DNA from: Escherichia phage EC.W2-6 | Strand: one strand, 5' to 3' | Sequence record: PP445229.1 | Length of the DNA: 64,000 bases | In this document: positions 50,793 to 60,219 of the stretch, one piece after another | How the letters are laid out: each line of letters starts with the position of its first letter | Numbering within the stretch: position 1 is the stretch's first letter | Program-made: the position numbers and the translations under genes | The notes under the pieces: generated by a model | The model's input: only the letters and a program-made list of their open reading frames with translations | What the model was told of the DNA's origin: nothing | The model's database searches: none

Positions 50793-51425
50793 TTACTTAC
50801 AATCACCAACGGACAGGTTAAACATCTTACCTAGAGCAATCGTCTCACCTTCCCACGGAAGTTCTGCACCCTTCTCTTCCTCTAAAAGAATAGAGCCGTC
50901 GACCAAAAATTTTTCGTAGTCTCGCAGTGCGTCGTCTACTAGCTCACTCTTGTGAATCCATGTAATTGTTTCTGTACCATCCTCTTCGATTCTAACATCA
51001 CGATGCCATTCATCTTTGGAGGTAATATAATCATGGAGCATTTCGTATTCAGCTTCTTCAATCATCTCAATCATTGCACGAGCATAGTCAGGGAGGTGAT
51101 CATGTTTAGTAGATTCGTATTCAACTACTTCCAGAGTAGAAGGCTTAGCCCGTGCAACTTCTTCAAGTACTTTTGAGCGATCTTTGTAGTAGTTCTCATA
51201 TTTATCACCAATAGTACCGACTTGAAGTCCACGGTATTGTTCTACTAAACTCATCATATCTTTCTTCTCCGTAATAGTTGGTTTAAGAATACTTCCACTA
51301 TATAAATCTTGTACAGCCAATCCTGAAACATTTCCCATAGTTTCTAAATGCTGTAAGCTACAACCAGATCGACATAGCTGTGAATTGTAATCGTTAAGGT
51401 CCATCGCTTGGATTAAATTATTCAT
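50793..51425 (-). CDS. hypothetical protein
   Basis: Start at internal ATG 51425 with AGGGAGA RBS. Confidence 0.45.
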   Translation of the reverse strand: MNNLIQAMDLNDYNSQLCRSGCSLQHLETMGNVSGLAVQDLYSGSILKPTITEKKDMMSLVEQYRGLQVGTIGDKYENYYKDRSKVLEEVARAKPSTLEVVEYESTKHDHLPDYARAMIEMIEEAEYEMLHDYITSKDEWHRDVRIEEDGTETITWIHKSELVDDALRDYEKFLVDGSILLEEEKGAELPWEGETIALGKMFNLSVGDCK

Positions 51426-51672
51426 TTGTATCTCCCTTGCTGTAATCTTTGTATGTTTCTTTTCTGTAAGTGCGGAATGCTCTGAAGAAGAGCCAACCAA
51501 AACTACTTACATCAATTGTAATATCGAAATCTGTTTCATCATCTAAATCAACAAGACGGCCTAAGCAAGTAGCTTCCATCCCTTCTTCAGAGTCACTGTT
51601 GACCACGAAAGCGTATGTCTCCGTTCTGAACCGAGGCACCATCTCTGATAAAAAGTCTAGTACTAAATTCAT
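51418..51672 (-). CDS. hypothetical protein (first gene of late operon)
   Basis: GAGGAGA RBS; acidic 84-aa product. Confidence 0.4.
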   Translation of the reverse strand: MNLVLDFLSEMVPRFRTETYAFVVNSDSEEGMEATCLGRLVDLDDETDFDITIDVSSFGWLFFRAFRTYRKETYKDYSKGDTNE

Positions 51673-51696
51673 AATTCTTCTCCTCTGAATAAGAGT

Positions 51697-51978
51697 ATAA
51701 AGGGCACATCATAAGACCTACCCGTAAAGGCCACCTCACATTAACACCCGTGAGAATACCTGTATTCATTTTCGTAGTCTTCTTCAGAGAAGCTACCGTA
51801 TTCATCTTCTGTCATACATCCCTCTGATAAAGTTAAGACATAAAGGGGACGTCATCTTTGATGACTACTTCACATTAAGGCACCCCCATAAAGGCCATGT
51901 CACGTTAAGGCCTATCCATCCATGTGCTGTGTTTAAGCTTACCACATTTACTACATCTCCAAGTGGACTTATAAAGGG
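51697..51978. repeat. three degenerate ~135-bp direct repeats (ATAAAGGG / CACATTAA units)
   Basis: ATAAAGGG at 51697, 51840, 51971, each followed by related CCCGTAA / CACATTAA segments. Confidence 0.5.
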
Positions 51979-52264
51979 TGTGAACTCTTTCATCCCCGTA
52001 AGCTTTGCGTATCCGATAGTACTCATGATCACATTTGAATTGCTTAATGATTAACTTAATTTTCCACATAAGTTCTCTTTCAACCTTATATATAAGAGTT
52101 TAAAATACAGATTTATAAAAAATAAAGATGTATATATCTGTTTAAAATTCTGATTTGACCGAGTGGGGCTAGCCGCTCGCCGCGCGTTTCCTAAAAGGGG
52201 GGAGTCCTCATTTAAAAAAGGGTTATTGGCAATGCCTTTACACCTCCTTCCACGTTCCAACCTT

Positions 52265-52327
52265 TCCCCGTGCCTACTCCCCGTTATTCTTTCCCCGTGT
52301 ATACCATCCTATTCATTAGCTACCCGT
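52265..52327. repeat. short direct repeats (T/C)CCCGT array
   Basis: TCCCCGT at 52265, 52278, 52292 and TACCCGT at 52321. Confidence 0.5.
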
Positions 52328-52636
52328 TTATTTAGTACCCCTTTAGAGAGTGAGAGAAAGGCTATACTCTGATAAGGCACAATCATAACAGGTCTAATAA
52401 TACCGTATTGTTACCGTTCAGCTCCCCATAGTTTGAATGTAAATAGTTTCAATAGTAATGATTATGAGTGCAATAATGATGTATGTATTAATTAAGTGGA
52501 TGATTGTAATTCTTTTAATAATTGCTTTTATTCTTTTCTTTTTCAGCGTGCCTTTGTGAGCGTAGCGAACGTCTTTGATGTTTGAGTTATACAATTATTT
52601 AAGTGGTATATTATTACCGCACTATCTTGCTATGTT

Positions 52637-52720
52637 TCCCCGTGGTCTACCCTGCGGTTGTATGCTCCCCGTGTCCTGGTCTGTTGGTCTGCTACCCGTA
52701 GCACCAGCGTAACACCCGTA
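52637..52720. repeat. short direct repeats CCCCGTG / ACCCGTA array
   Basis: TTCCCCGTG 52637, CTCCCCGTG 52665, TACCCGTA 52693, CACCCGTA 52713. Confidence 0.5.
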
Positions 52721-52836
52721 GGATTAGTGTTATAAAGTAACAATAGCTAGTAAGCTGATTCTCTGAGTATGGAAGGTTTAGTAAATTAAATTCCTTTAGT
52801 TTTCAGTGAGTTATAAGAAAGTTAGAAAATAAATGG

Positions 52837-52864
52837 TTGACAGGTTTTTCCTTTATTATATAGT
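52837..52864 (+). promoter_or_regulatory. sigma70-type early promoter
   Basis: TTGACA, 16-nt spacer, TATAGT; spacer TTTTCCTTTAT shared with promoter at 55090. Confidence 0.5.
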
Positions 52865-52908
52865 TGCGATTGTAATTTGTAGTTTTCATCAACCATAAGG
52901 AATATCAA

Positions 52909-53781
52909 ATGTCTAAAGTAGCAATTAACCACTTGAACAAAGCAAACGAAAGCCTTTCCTCTTTAGGCTTAACCGTTGGTAGTCCTGATGCGTGGATGGA
53001 AAACGAAAGCGCACGTAAAGGATTCAAAAACTCTGTAATGCTGGCTTGCTTGATCATTAATTCTACTGCGAACGCCTTACAGTGTGAAGATGAAAGCACG
53101 TTCAAAGAGAATGGCTTTACCGATATACAGGACGCTATCAACTGTTACATTCAGGCAAATTTGGATAGCTGGAATCAGAAAGATTGGCCTGAGTCATGCC
53201 GTGATGTGAAAGCTGAATTATCCCGCTTGTCTGTCATGGTTGAAGCATGGAACAAGAAAAACAAGAAACAACCAATCAAGCCTACTGTTGCAAGTAAGAT
53301 TATGAAGTCTGTTAATCTGGCAAGTTATGCACTGGTTGCAGCTATCGGTGTTAGTGCACTGGTCACGTCTCTTTCTGATAAGGCTATCGCTAGTCCTGCT
53401 CCTGCAACTGATGCGGCTAGTGTCTTCTCTAGTTCCATCAATAAGGGTTGGATGATTTGCAACGGTGCGGATAGTGACGGCAATAATATCGTGCTAAAGA
53501 TGAAATTTAGCAACGTAACAAATGATGGAGTTCTCTTTCAATCTAAAACGTTAGATAATCAGCCTAACAGTGATCTAGTTCTCAAGCGTACTGATAACGA
53601 TGCGGATATGGTGACATTTGGCACTGTACAACGTTATGAAGACGTTAAAGCTGTAACCAACCTAGTGAGCTATGGCCCGATCAATGAGTCGATGATCGCC
53701 ACCACGGTTTACAATAACGCTGATAATGCTGTTTATACTGTTCACGTTAATTTAGCCAACTGCATTAAGGCTAGTAAGTAA
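52909..53781 (+). CDS. early protein, unknown function
   Basis: First ORF downstream of a sigma70-like promoter; central hydrophobic helix. Confidence 0.5.
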   Translation: MSKVAINHLNKANESLSSLGLTVGSPDAWMENESARKGFKNSVMLACLIINSTANALQCEDESTFKENGFTDIQDAINCYIQANLDSWNQKDWPESCRDVKAELSRLSVMVEAWNKKNKKQPIKPTVASKIMKSVNLASYALVAAIGVSALVTSLSDKAIASPAPATDAASVFSSSINKGWMICNGADSDGNNIVLKMKFSNVTNDGVLFQSKTLDNQPNSDLVLKRTDNDADMVTFGTVQRYEDVKAVTNLVSYGPINESMIATTVYNNADNAVYTVHVNLANCIKASK

Positions 53782-53805
53782 ATAACCTATTTTGGGAGTG
53801 TAAAA

Positions 53806-54069
53806 ATGGCTATCAAAGAAATTAAGTTATCTAATGGCTTTTCTTGTTTTGTTGGTGGAAGCTCTATCCTGTTTAATACACTTGATGGTCAGATAACGTT
53901 ACCTGTTATCACTTTTTGCAGGATGGAATATCAGCCTCTTAAAGATTGGCTAGCCTTTGCTGATTTTGAAATTACCCGTGAAGACTTCAAATCAATCTAT
54001 ATTGACGGTGATTTATCACTGGCTAACCTGCTCAATCATGGACTAATTAAGGGTGATATTAATGGGTAA
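53806..54069 (+). CDS. early hypothetical protein
   Basis: ORF with GGGAG RBS. Confidence 0.45.
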   Translation: MAIKEIKLSNGFSCFVGGSSILFNTLDGQITLPVITFCRMEYQPLKDWLAFADFEITREDFKSIYIDGDLSLANLLNHGLIKGDING

Positions 54070-54316
54070 TGAAACAATCGCACTGATTGACACGCACAAT
54101 TACGGTGGCGTTACGCTCTCCTTTGATGAGTCAATCGACTACACTTATTTGTCCTTTCTAACTAAGGGTGAAATAAAAACTATTAGCTTTCCTGCGGTCT
54201 ATTTAGTACAGGATTATCTCACTATTGGGAAGTATTTAGCCCAACGCGGGATTCTTCTGTCGCTGGAAGAAGTGGAACAGGTTAGCGTAGCATTTTTTGG
54301 CGAGGATAGCAACTAG
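54062..54316 (+). CDS. early hypothetical protein
   Basis: ATG at 54062 preferred over GTG 54053. Confidence 0.4.
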   Translation: MGNETIALIDTHNYGGVTLSFDESIDYTYLSFLTKGEIKTISFPAVYLVQDYLTIGKYLAQRGILLSLEEVEQVSVAFFGEDSN

Positions 54317-54420
54317 TGATTCATGATTATTTTTGGCGTTGCTTGTTCGTTGTTACAGTGGCGTTATTCGTCGCTGATATGCTTTATTCTTATATTCTCT
54401 AACTATAGGTGATTATTATC

Positions 54421-54786
54421 ATGGGTATTATCAAATTTGTAGTAAAAGTATTCGTGGGCTTCTTCCTTGTCGTTCTCCTGCTGGGTGTGCTCCTATCGGC
54501 TATGGGTAGCGTTAAGGCTGCAACATTCTCCCCTGCTACGGTGGAAGGTTTACAGTGCACCTATTTGATAGAAAATTATGATACCGGTAAAAAGTCACCT
54601 AAAGTTATTATTTTGCATGTAAATGATTTCGATCATGTGCAATCAGATAGTAAAACTATTCTACTGGTAAATGAAACTACTGGTAAACAAATCACGGTCG
54701 ATCACTTGATGCGCTCATCGTTAACGCTCTTTGATGAGTCCATGAATGAAATGGCATCCGGTAATGGTCAATGTGTAAATCCATAG
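54421..54786 (+). CDS. early secreted/membrane protein
   Basis: N-terminal signal/TM (FVVKVFVGFFLVVLLLGVLLSA); followed by terminator. Confidence 0.45.
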   Translation: MGIIKFVVKVFVGFFLVVLLLGVLLSAMGSVKAATFSPATVEGLQCTYLIENYDTGKKSPKVIILHVNDFDHVQSDSKTILLVNETTGKQITVDHLMRSSLTLFDESMNEMASGNGQCVNP

Positions 54787-54863
54787 GCTTAATCTTTCTC
54801 CTGTATTGTGCCGTAGTCATGCCTATGGTCATAATTTATCTGATGCTTTAAATCCTTCCTGTA

Positions 54864-54890
54864 AGCCTCCTAGTGAGGCTTTTCTCTTTT
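54864..54890 (+). terminator. intrinsic terminator
   Basis: AAGCCTC-CTAGT-GAGGCTT then TTCTCTTTT. Confidence 0.6.
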
Positions 54891-55089
54891 ATGAGGTGAT
54901 TGTATGCCTTACTCCCTTTTAGCTCGTTGTGGTGCGTTACAGGCCGCTTATTATTGCTTTACAAGCCGTTTTCTATGATGTATCACGCGCCCCCGCTCTT
55001 TTACCTCCTGATTTCTTCCGGTGTCCTACCGACAATAAAATAAATTCCTTTATAAAACAGTGAGATGAAAAATAATTTGAAAAAAGGGT

Positions 55090-55117
55090 ATTGACATGAT
55101 TTTCCTTTATAGTAATA
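55090..55117 (+). promoter_or_regulatory. sigma70-type early promoter
   Basis: TTGACA, 16-nt spacer, TAATAT. Confidence 0.55.
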
Positions 55118-55296
55118 TGAATCCCGTAGTAAGCAGTAAGTAACAACAAGTAGTAAAAACTCCTCGATAGGTGATTAGCATCACGGTAAAAGGCTTCAAC
55201 GGGGAGCGGTAGGAATACCGACAGTAAGACGCACAATGAAGGTGCTACGCTCTTTAAAAATCAGGCTAGAAAGTGAAAATATTCTTAAAAAGAGTA

Positions 55297-55325
55297 TTGA
55301 CACCGAAAACAGCCTGATTCATAAT
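55297..55325 (+). promoter_or_regulatory. sigma70-type early promoter
   Basis: TTGACA, 17-nt spacer, CATAAT; near-duplicate of promoter at 55599. Confidence 0.55.
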
Positions 55326-55443
55326 AAGCACTCAGTCAGCGATGACTTAAAAAATCCCGCTCTTTAAAAACTTATCATCTTGCCTTTTCGCATAGATTCA
55401 CGCGAGATAAGGGAAAAGAATAAAAGAAGATGATAAAAAAGAG

Positions 55444-55472
55444 ATTGACAAGCTAACACGATGTGTTAAGCT
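55444..55472 (+). promoter_or_regulatory. possible sigma70-type promoter (weak -10)
   Basis: TTGACA with poor -10 (AAGCTG) at 17 nt. Confidence 0.25.
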
Positions 55473-55598
55473 GTAAATGCTACACCGCTCTTTAACAATA
55501 TGAATCATAAGTTAAGCATCACCGCTTAATCTTCAATCAAATAAAGCTGATTGATATATCCTCCCAATAGCGGGAACGACGAAAAAGATTAAAAAGTG

Positions 55599-55627
55599 GT
55601 TGACAGCGAAAACAACATGATTCATAA
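55599..55627 (+). promoter_or_regulatory. sigma70-type early promoter
   Basis: TTGACA, 17-nt spacer, CATAAT. Confidence 0.55.
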
Positions 55628-56549
55628 TGAGCACTCACTAAGCAAATCACCGCTTCAGTGAAAAGCGTAACAACGGCTAACAGTTGCATAGTGTGAGAAA
55701 GCACACTGATAGATTTACCGCTCTTTAATAATTTAAACATTCTCCTATATCGGTTGAATATGTTAGATGATAATAACCATCGGATAACATACCAGATAAA
55801 ACGGTGTAAGATTCTCTAAACTATCAGAGAAAACAATCTTATAATCCCTTGCTGGAAACGTCACCACTGATAAACGGATTCATTGAGTGTACGCAAAGAT
55901 TTAAGCTAATCGCCCACGGTTAAGGGTAGCGGCGGTCATCGCTAACAAGGCGCTACAGTGAAAGAAGTTAATCAGGGTAGGCAAGCCCGAAGAATTAACG
56001 CTCAATTGAGAGCGGCGGGGAGTGGTTAAAAAGTGGCAAATTGCTATTTAACAATAAGGTTTAGTGTGAACGTTTACGATGTGAATGATTTGAGGCCACT
56101 ATTGATGGCGTACATAGTCAGTTTATGTAGTAAACTTGCCGAAAGATATAAAACGTCAGAACATTAGACGGTCAATGACTCTTTCACAATAGCATCCCGT
56201 TGTGGGCGATGGCTAGTGATTGAGAGTTGATACAAAAGGATAGGCGAGAGCGAAAGCAAAGTAGACGATATTGCCGACGGTTACAATAAACGTAACTAAT
56301 TAGAGTCGGACGCACTGCCTTATTGTGATGATTGATCATCGCTATCAGGTCGGCTTCGTTTATAGCGACTAATTAAAGATACCAGATGAAACATCACGGA
56401 TAAGGGGGCGGCAAGGTTAACTCCTGATAAGACCGCCCCGCTTACCTATAACTACTTAACAACGAGTGGTTATAGTTAAGTTAATAGTGACTTAAACAAG
56501 CTCATAGAGAGCGGGGCAATAGCGCCCTTACAAGTGAAAGGTGAATATC

Positions 56550-57449
56550 ATGGCTAAAATCTTTACTCTGGTTAACGAATCCGGTTTTAATGCTCTGGCT
56601 AACAACATTCGCAGTAATAACGCGGCGATCAAACAAGATGTTTCTAACTTCCTGTTAGGGCACTTACAGCACTTCCGCAGTAATGGTAAGAAGCTGGACG
56701 TATTGCAGTCGGCGGTTGACTTTCTGTTAACTGAACGTTTCCGTGATATGGATGTTATTGCCACTGCAATTACTTTCTTAACTCCTATCAAGTTTAACAC
56801 CGATGCGGCAAATGGTCGTAAAAAGTGGATTAATCTGGAAGGTGAGGCGAAAGCTAAAGAAGACGCGAAAGAAGCGCAAATTAAAACCAAAATGGAACAA
56901 AACCGCGCTCGCTGGTCAAATGCTTTCGAGAATTTTGCTTTAGGCCGTGAAATTGAAGTTGATAATCCTAACTTTTACAAGGGTTGCAATGACAACGTGG
57001 CGGCACACCTGCAAATCCCGGCGAAAAACAAGGAAGATTTTAATCAGGATATTTACGCTTTAGTTGAACGCTTGAATGCAATCCGTATTGAAGCCAAATT
57101 ATTGGCTGATGAGCGCAATGGTGCTACCAGCGATAACACTATCGCCTTAAGTGAAGAAGTGGGCAAAGTTAAGAAGTCATTCGACTCGCTCATCAAGAAA
57201 GTCACGGCCTCAACGGTAGCGATCTCTGATAACTACCTGATGAACGCATCAAGCAAGGAATTAGAATCACTCGATTCATACGCTGATGAAATGGAAAAGA
57301 CTGTTGCAGCTATGCAGGAGAAGTTAGAAAGTCTGCGCGGTCGTATCTCTTCAACGGTTGCTACCCGTACCGAACAAGCTGCGAAAGCAGAAGAGGAAGA
57401 AGTATTGCGTAAAGCGGCTGAAATTATGGCGGCACGTCAAGCGGCATAA
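56550..57449 (+). CDS. early protein, unknown function (300 aa, helical)
   Basis: AAAGGTG RBS; first ORF after tandem promoter array and long leader; terminator follows. Confidence 0.55.
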   Translation: MAKIFTLVNESGFNALANNIRSNNAAIKQDVSNFLLGHLQHFRSNGKKLDVLQSAVDFLLTERFRDMDVIATAITFLTPIKFNTDAANGRKKWINLEGEAKAKEDAKEAQIKTKMEQNRARWSNAFENFALGREIEVDNPNFYKGCNDNVAAHLQIPAKNKEDFNQDIYALVERLNAIRIEAKLLADERNGATSDNTIALSEEVGKVKKSFDSLIKKVTASTVAISDNYLMNASSKELESLDSYADEMEKTVAAMQEKLESLRGRISSTVATRTEQAAKAEEEEVLRKAAEIMAARQAA

Positions 57450-57472
57450 GTAAGACAATTTAAATAAACATA

Positions 57473-57506
57473 AGGTGCTATCTTAACGGGTAGCGCCTTT
57501 TCTTTT
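57473..57506 (+). terminator. intrinsic terminator
   Basis: AGGTGCTA...TAGCGCCT stem then TTTCTTTTAT. Confidence 0.5.
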
Positions 57507-57560
57507 ATCAGTGCATTGATTCAGTGCATTAATCAAAGAATTTAATCAAAGGTGATGATC

Positions 57561-57779
57561 ATGTTAATTACGCATACCACGATTTATAGGAATCTTGTCA
57601 ACGGTCAACATTACCGCCTATCTAAAAAATATGGCGTTGAATGTAAATGTATTATTACCGGTGAATGGTATCCGTCACCAATGAAGATTGAAACATTGGA
57701 ACGTGAAGCGATCAGCTATATTATCACGCAAGAAACAACGTTAGGCCGTATCTTAAGAAAGTTGGGATTGAGAAAATGA
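57561..57779 (+). CDS. early hypothetical protein
   Basis: ATG at 57561 with AAAGG RBS. Confidence 0.4.
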   Translation: MLITHTTIYRNLVNGQHYRLSKKYGVECKCIITGEWYPSPMKIETLEREAISYIITQETTLGRILRKLGLRK

Positions 57780-58000
57780 TATTCAGTAATAATTTTGGCA
57801 AGTGTCCTATTTGTGAGAAACATCGCAGCACGGGAAACCATCGCAAATGTAGTAAGATATTACAGCGCCAACGTGATAACAACCATTGGGATACTGTACA
57901 CGCTAATCAGCGTAAAGAAGAAGTTAAAGAAATGGCTGTTAAAGCATCCTTTGCCCAATCCACCCGTATTGAACACATCCAAAGGTATCAAGCATTATGA
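57776..58000 (+). CDS. early small Cys/His-containing basic protein
   Basis: CPICEKH...HRKC; ATGA overlap. Confidence 0.4.
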   Translation: MIFSNNFGKCPICEKHRSTGNHRKCSKILQRQRDNNHWDTVHANQRKEEVKEMAVKASFAQSTRIEHIQRYQAL

Positions 58001-58206
58001 TCACTAATATTTCAGAGTTTAAGAAAGCGCCTTCTCGTCTGTTAGGTCGTCGTGTTGTGTATCTTTATAGCAATAAAGGTAAAGCTACAACTGGACGAAT
58101 TACAACAGTAAGTAGTGTTACTAAAGGTTTGCTCAAGTTATGTGTAGCTATGGACGATGGTACAATCCTGCTACGCAGTTGGAAGTCATTTAGTTTACTC
58201 GATTAA
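57997..58206 (+). CDS. early hypothetical protein
   Basis: ORF, ATGA overlap. Confidence 0.4.
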   Translation: MITNISEFKKAPSRLLGRRVVYLYSNKGKATTGRITTVSSVTKGLLKLCVAMDDGTILLRSWKSFSLLD

Positions 58207-58275
58207 GTTATTTGTTCAAGCCTGTCACCTTGATGGGCTTGCCCGATATAATTTATCACTAAAAGGAATAAGGTT

Positions 58276-58719
58276 GTGGCTAAATCTAAAATCAGCATGA
58301 AGGGCGGGCGTTGTTTTTCTATATCTGAACTGGAGAAAGAGAATCCAAAGGCAACCAATCACGTCAGCAAGCGTAGTTTAAAACGTCGTGCTGCAAAGGC
58401 TGAAGCTGAATCCCATATCCCTTCTAGTGTGGCAAAACGTGTAGGCCATCGTGTCCATCGTGCTGATGCGTTATTGTTAGCCGATCATAAACGTTCTTTG
58501 TTAAAGAGCGGGGGAGCAAAAACAGAAGAGGAGAAGAAGTTAGAAATCTTCTGTAATGGTCGCACCCGTGGTAAACAGAAGTTTAAGGGTAGCACGAAAG
58601 ACCCGCAGGCTTTTCCTAAGACAAGCCAGTGCGCACCTGATGTTTTCTACGCAGACAGTAAACACAAGTGGGGCGTTGAAAAATACATTGATCCCATCAA
58701 AGAGGCGAGGGTAAAATGA
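58276..58719 (+). CDS. early basic protein (GTG start)
   Basis: AAAAGGAATAAGG RBS then GTG; Lys/Arg-rich. Confidence 0.45.
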   Translation: MAKSKISMKGGRCFSISELEKENPKATNHVSKRSLKRRAAKAEAESHIPSSVAKRVGHRVHRADALLLADHKRSLLKSGGAKTEEEKKLEIFCNGRTRGKQKFKGSTKDPQAFPKTSQCAPDVFYADSKHKWGVEKYIDPIKEARVK

Positions 58720-58889
58720 TTTATTCAGAGATTCTAAATAAAGTCAGAGAGATGCGGCAAGGTGATGCAGTAGTTGATGTTCTGGTCCATCTGGTAGCAT
58801 CCTTGCAAGAAGAAAACGAATTGGTTAAACAAGAAAACAAGGCATTAAGGAAGGCAATAAGTAACCTCTCCAATAGCCTCTCTTTTTAG
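58716..58889 (+). CDS. small coiled-coil protein
   Basis: 57-aa ORF, ATGA overlap; two terminators downstream. Confidence 0.3.
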   Translation: MIYSEILNKVREMRQGDAVVDVLVHLVASLQEENELVKQENKALRKAISNLSNSLSF

Positions 58890-58945
58890 TACTATGACGC
58901 TCTTTCTGTCGCGTCGTGCCCTCTCCCCATTTGAAGCTTCCGCAT

Positions 58946-58968
58946 AGCCGCCTTTGAGCGGCTTTTTG
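58946..58968 (+). terminator. intrinsic terminator
   Basis: AGCCGC-CTTTGA-GCGGCT then TTTTTG. Confidence 0.55.
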
Positions 58969-59030
58969 CGTTGCTGTAAGTGCATTTGCGAGTGTATTTA
59001 TAGCAACGGTCATGTGTTGCTTTCAGGTTT

Positions 59031-59056
59031 GCCCCGGCTACGGCTGGGGCTTTTTT
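59031..59056 (+). terminator. intrinsic terminator
   Basis: GCCCCGGC-TACG-GCTGGGGC then TTTTTT. Confidence 0.7.
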
Positions 59057-59105
59057 ATGCCCGTAAAACAGGAGGTATCAAGTTCTGATAACAACGGCAC
59101 AGCTA

Positions 59106-59495
59106 ATGTTGACATTGACTATTTATTATGAGGCAGGGAATCAGCCAACCGCATGTAAGGCTTTAGTTGCGGATACCGTGATAAATAGAATGGCCCAACG
59201 AAAACTGACCGCTGAACAGGTGATAAGACAAAAGAACCAGTTTGAGTGGATTCCGGTACTATTAAAACAGGAGAAACCTTATAAACGTTATGTAAAGCTG
59301 ATTCGTGATAAAAATCCGATGACTAAGCAAGCCATTGGAGAAAGCGAGCGGCTGGCTAAACGTGCCCTTAAGAAGAATTATGTTCCGCTGTACAGTGGGA
59401 CTTACTTTCAGAGTAAGAGCGAAGGGGTGCCAAAATGGTATGCCAATCCTATGTATTGTGGTGATTTAGTATTTGATAATAGCTCTAGGGAATAA
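59106..59495 (+). CDS. SleB/CwlJ-like cell-wall hydrolase domain protein (tentative)
   Basis: YYEAGNQP...KALVADTVINR and ...KWYANPMY resemble Hydrolase_2 family blocks. Confidence 0.45.
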   Translation: MLTLTIYYEAGNQPTACKALVADTVINRMAQRKLTAEQVIRQKNQFEWIPVLLKQEKPYKRYVKLIRDKNPMTKQAIGESERLAKRALKKNYVPLYSGTYFQSKSEGVPKWYANPMYCGDLVFDNSSRE

Positions 59496-59694
59496 TCACT
59501 AGTGCCAGATTTGACAAACTAAATTCCTTTATAAACCAACCACTTAGTAAATTTATTGAAAAAGATGGTAGTATTCTGGGACTATGGGTAATGCTCTGTA
59601 TATAGACCCTTTGAAAATTTCTTAGAAAATAAGTTTACTAAATATAACTTACTTAAATAATATTACTTTTAATCTCTGATAAAGGGTAAATAAT

Positions 59695-59991
59695 ATGACT
59701 TTAGAAGTATATAAATTCCTTTTTGTAAGCTGTTTAACTATCAGCGTTCTAGGATTTATTGTTCTAAGAAACAAAGCAGCAAGCTGGGAAAGAATGTATA
59801 AATCCCTAGTCCGAGTGGATGAGATGTATAATGAGAAGGTTAAAGTAACACTCAACGATCTTATTATGCAAGTTGAGGACAGAAACAAGCGTCTTCAGAA
59901 CCTCAATCACGAAGTGTTACGCCTTGCTCGTGCTAATGAAGACTTGCGAATAGCTATTGCTAAGCAGCAGGAGATTAACAGTGATAATTGA
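59695..59991 (+). CDS. membrane-anchored coiled-coil protein
   Basis: N-terminal TM (FLFVSCLTISVLGFIVL) then heptad-rich region. Confidence 0.4.
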   Translation: MTLEVYKFLFVSCLTISVLGFIVLRNKAASWERMYKSLVRVDEMYNEKVKVTLNDLIMQVEDRNKRLQNLNHEVLRLARANEDLRIAIAKQQEINSDN

Positions 59992-59992
59992 T

Positions 59993-60217
59993 ATGAACAA
60001 CGCCCCAAAGGTTTTAACTCTTGGGGATTTAGAATCAGGTGATGTATTCCAGTTCCCTCTGGATGGGGAGAATTACTATATGTTATCTAGTCAGAAGTTT
60101 GGGACAACAGACAAGAGAAGTTATATCAATCTTTCCTGTGGCGTTATTGCAACGGATGAAGGTAATACAGTCATCAAGAAGGTCAGCAATGCTCGGCTTA
60201 CCAATAAGGTGGATTAA
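59993..60217 (+). CDS. small protein, GD(V/L)F paralog family member 1
   Basis: LTLGDLESGDVFQF; internal ATG fits family N-terminal length. Confidence 0.45.
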   Translation: MNNAPKVLTLGDLESGDVFQFPLDGENYYMLSSQKFGTTDKRSYINLSCGVIATDEGNTVIKKVSNARLTNKVD

Positions 60218-60219
60218 CA

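Larger units (their letters stand above)
54993..55728 (+). repeat. dispersed CCGCTCTTTAA boxes (5 copies) in early leader
   Basis: Copies at 54993 (variant CCGCTCTTTTA), 55248, 55357, 55484, 55718. Confidence 0.6.

Noticed and set aside
51593-51805. 70-aa minus-strand ORF in the repeat region
   Set aside because: It lies within the degenerate repeat units upstream of the late operon with no RBS; likely a chance open frame.
57795-58007. 70-aa ORF in alternative frame to 57776..58000
   Set aside because: It is entirely nested in another frame of a gene that has the better start context (ATGA coupling).
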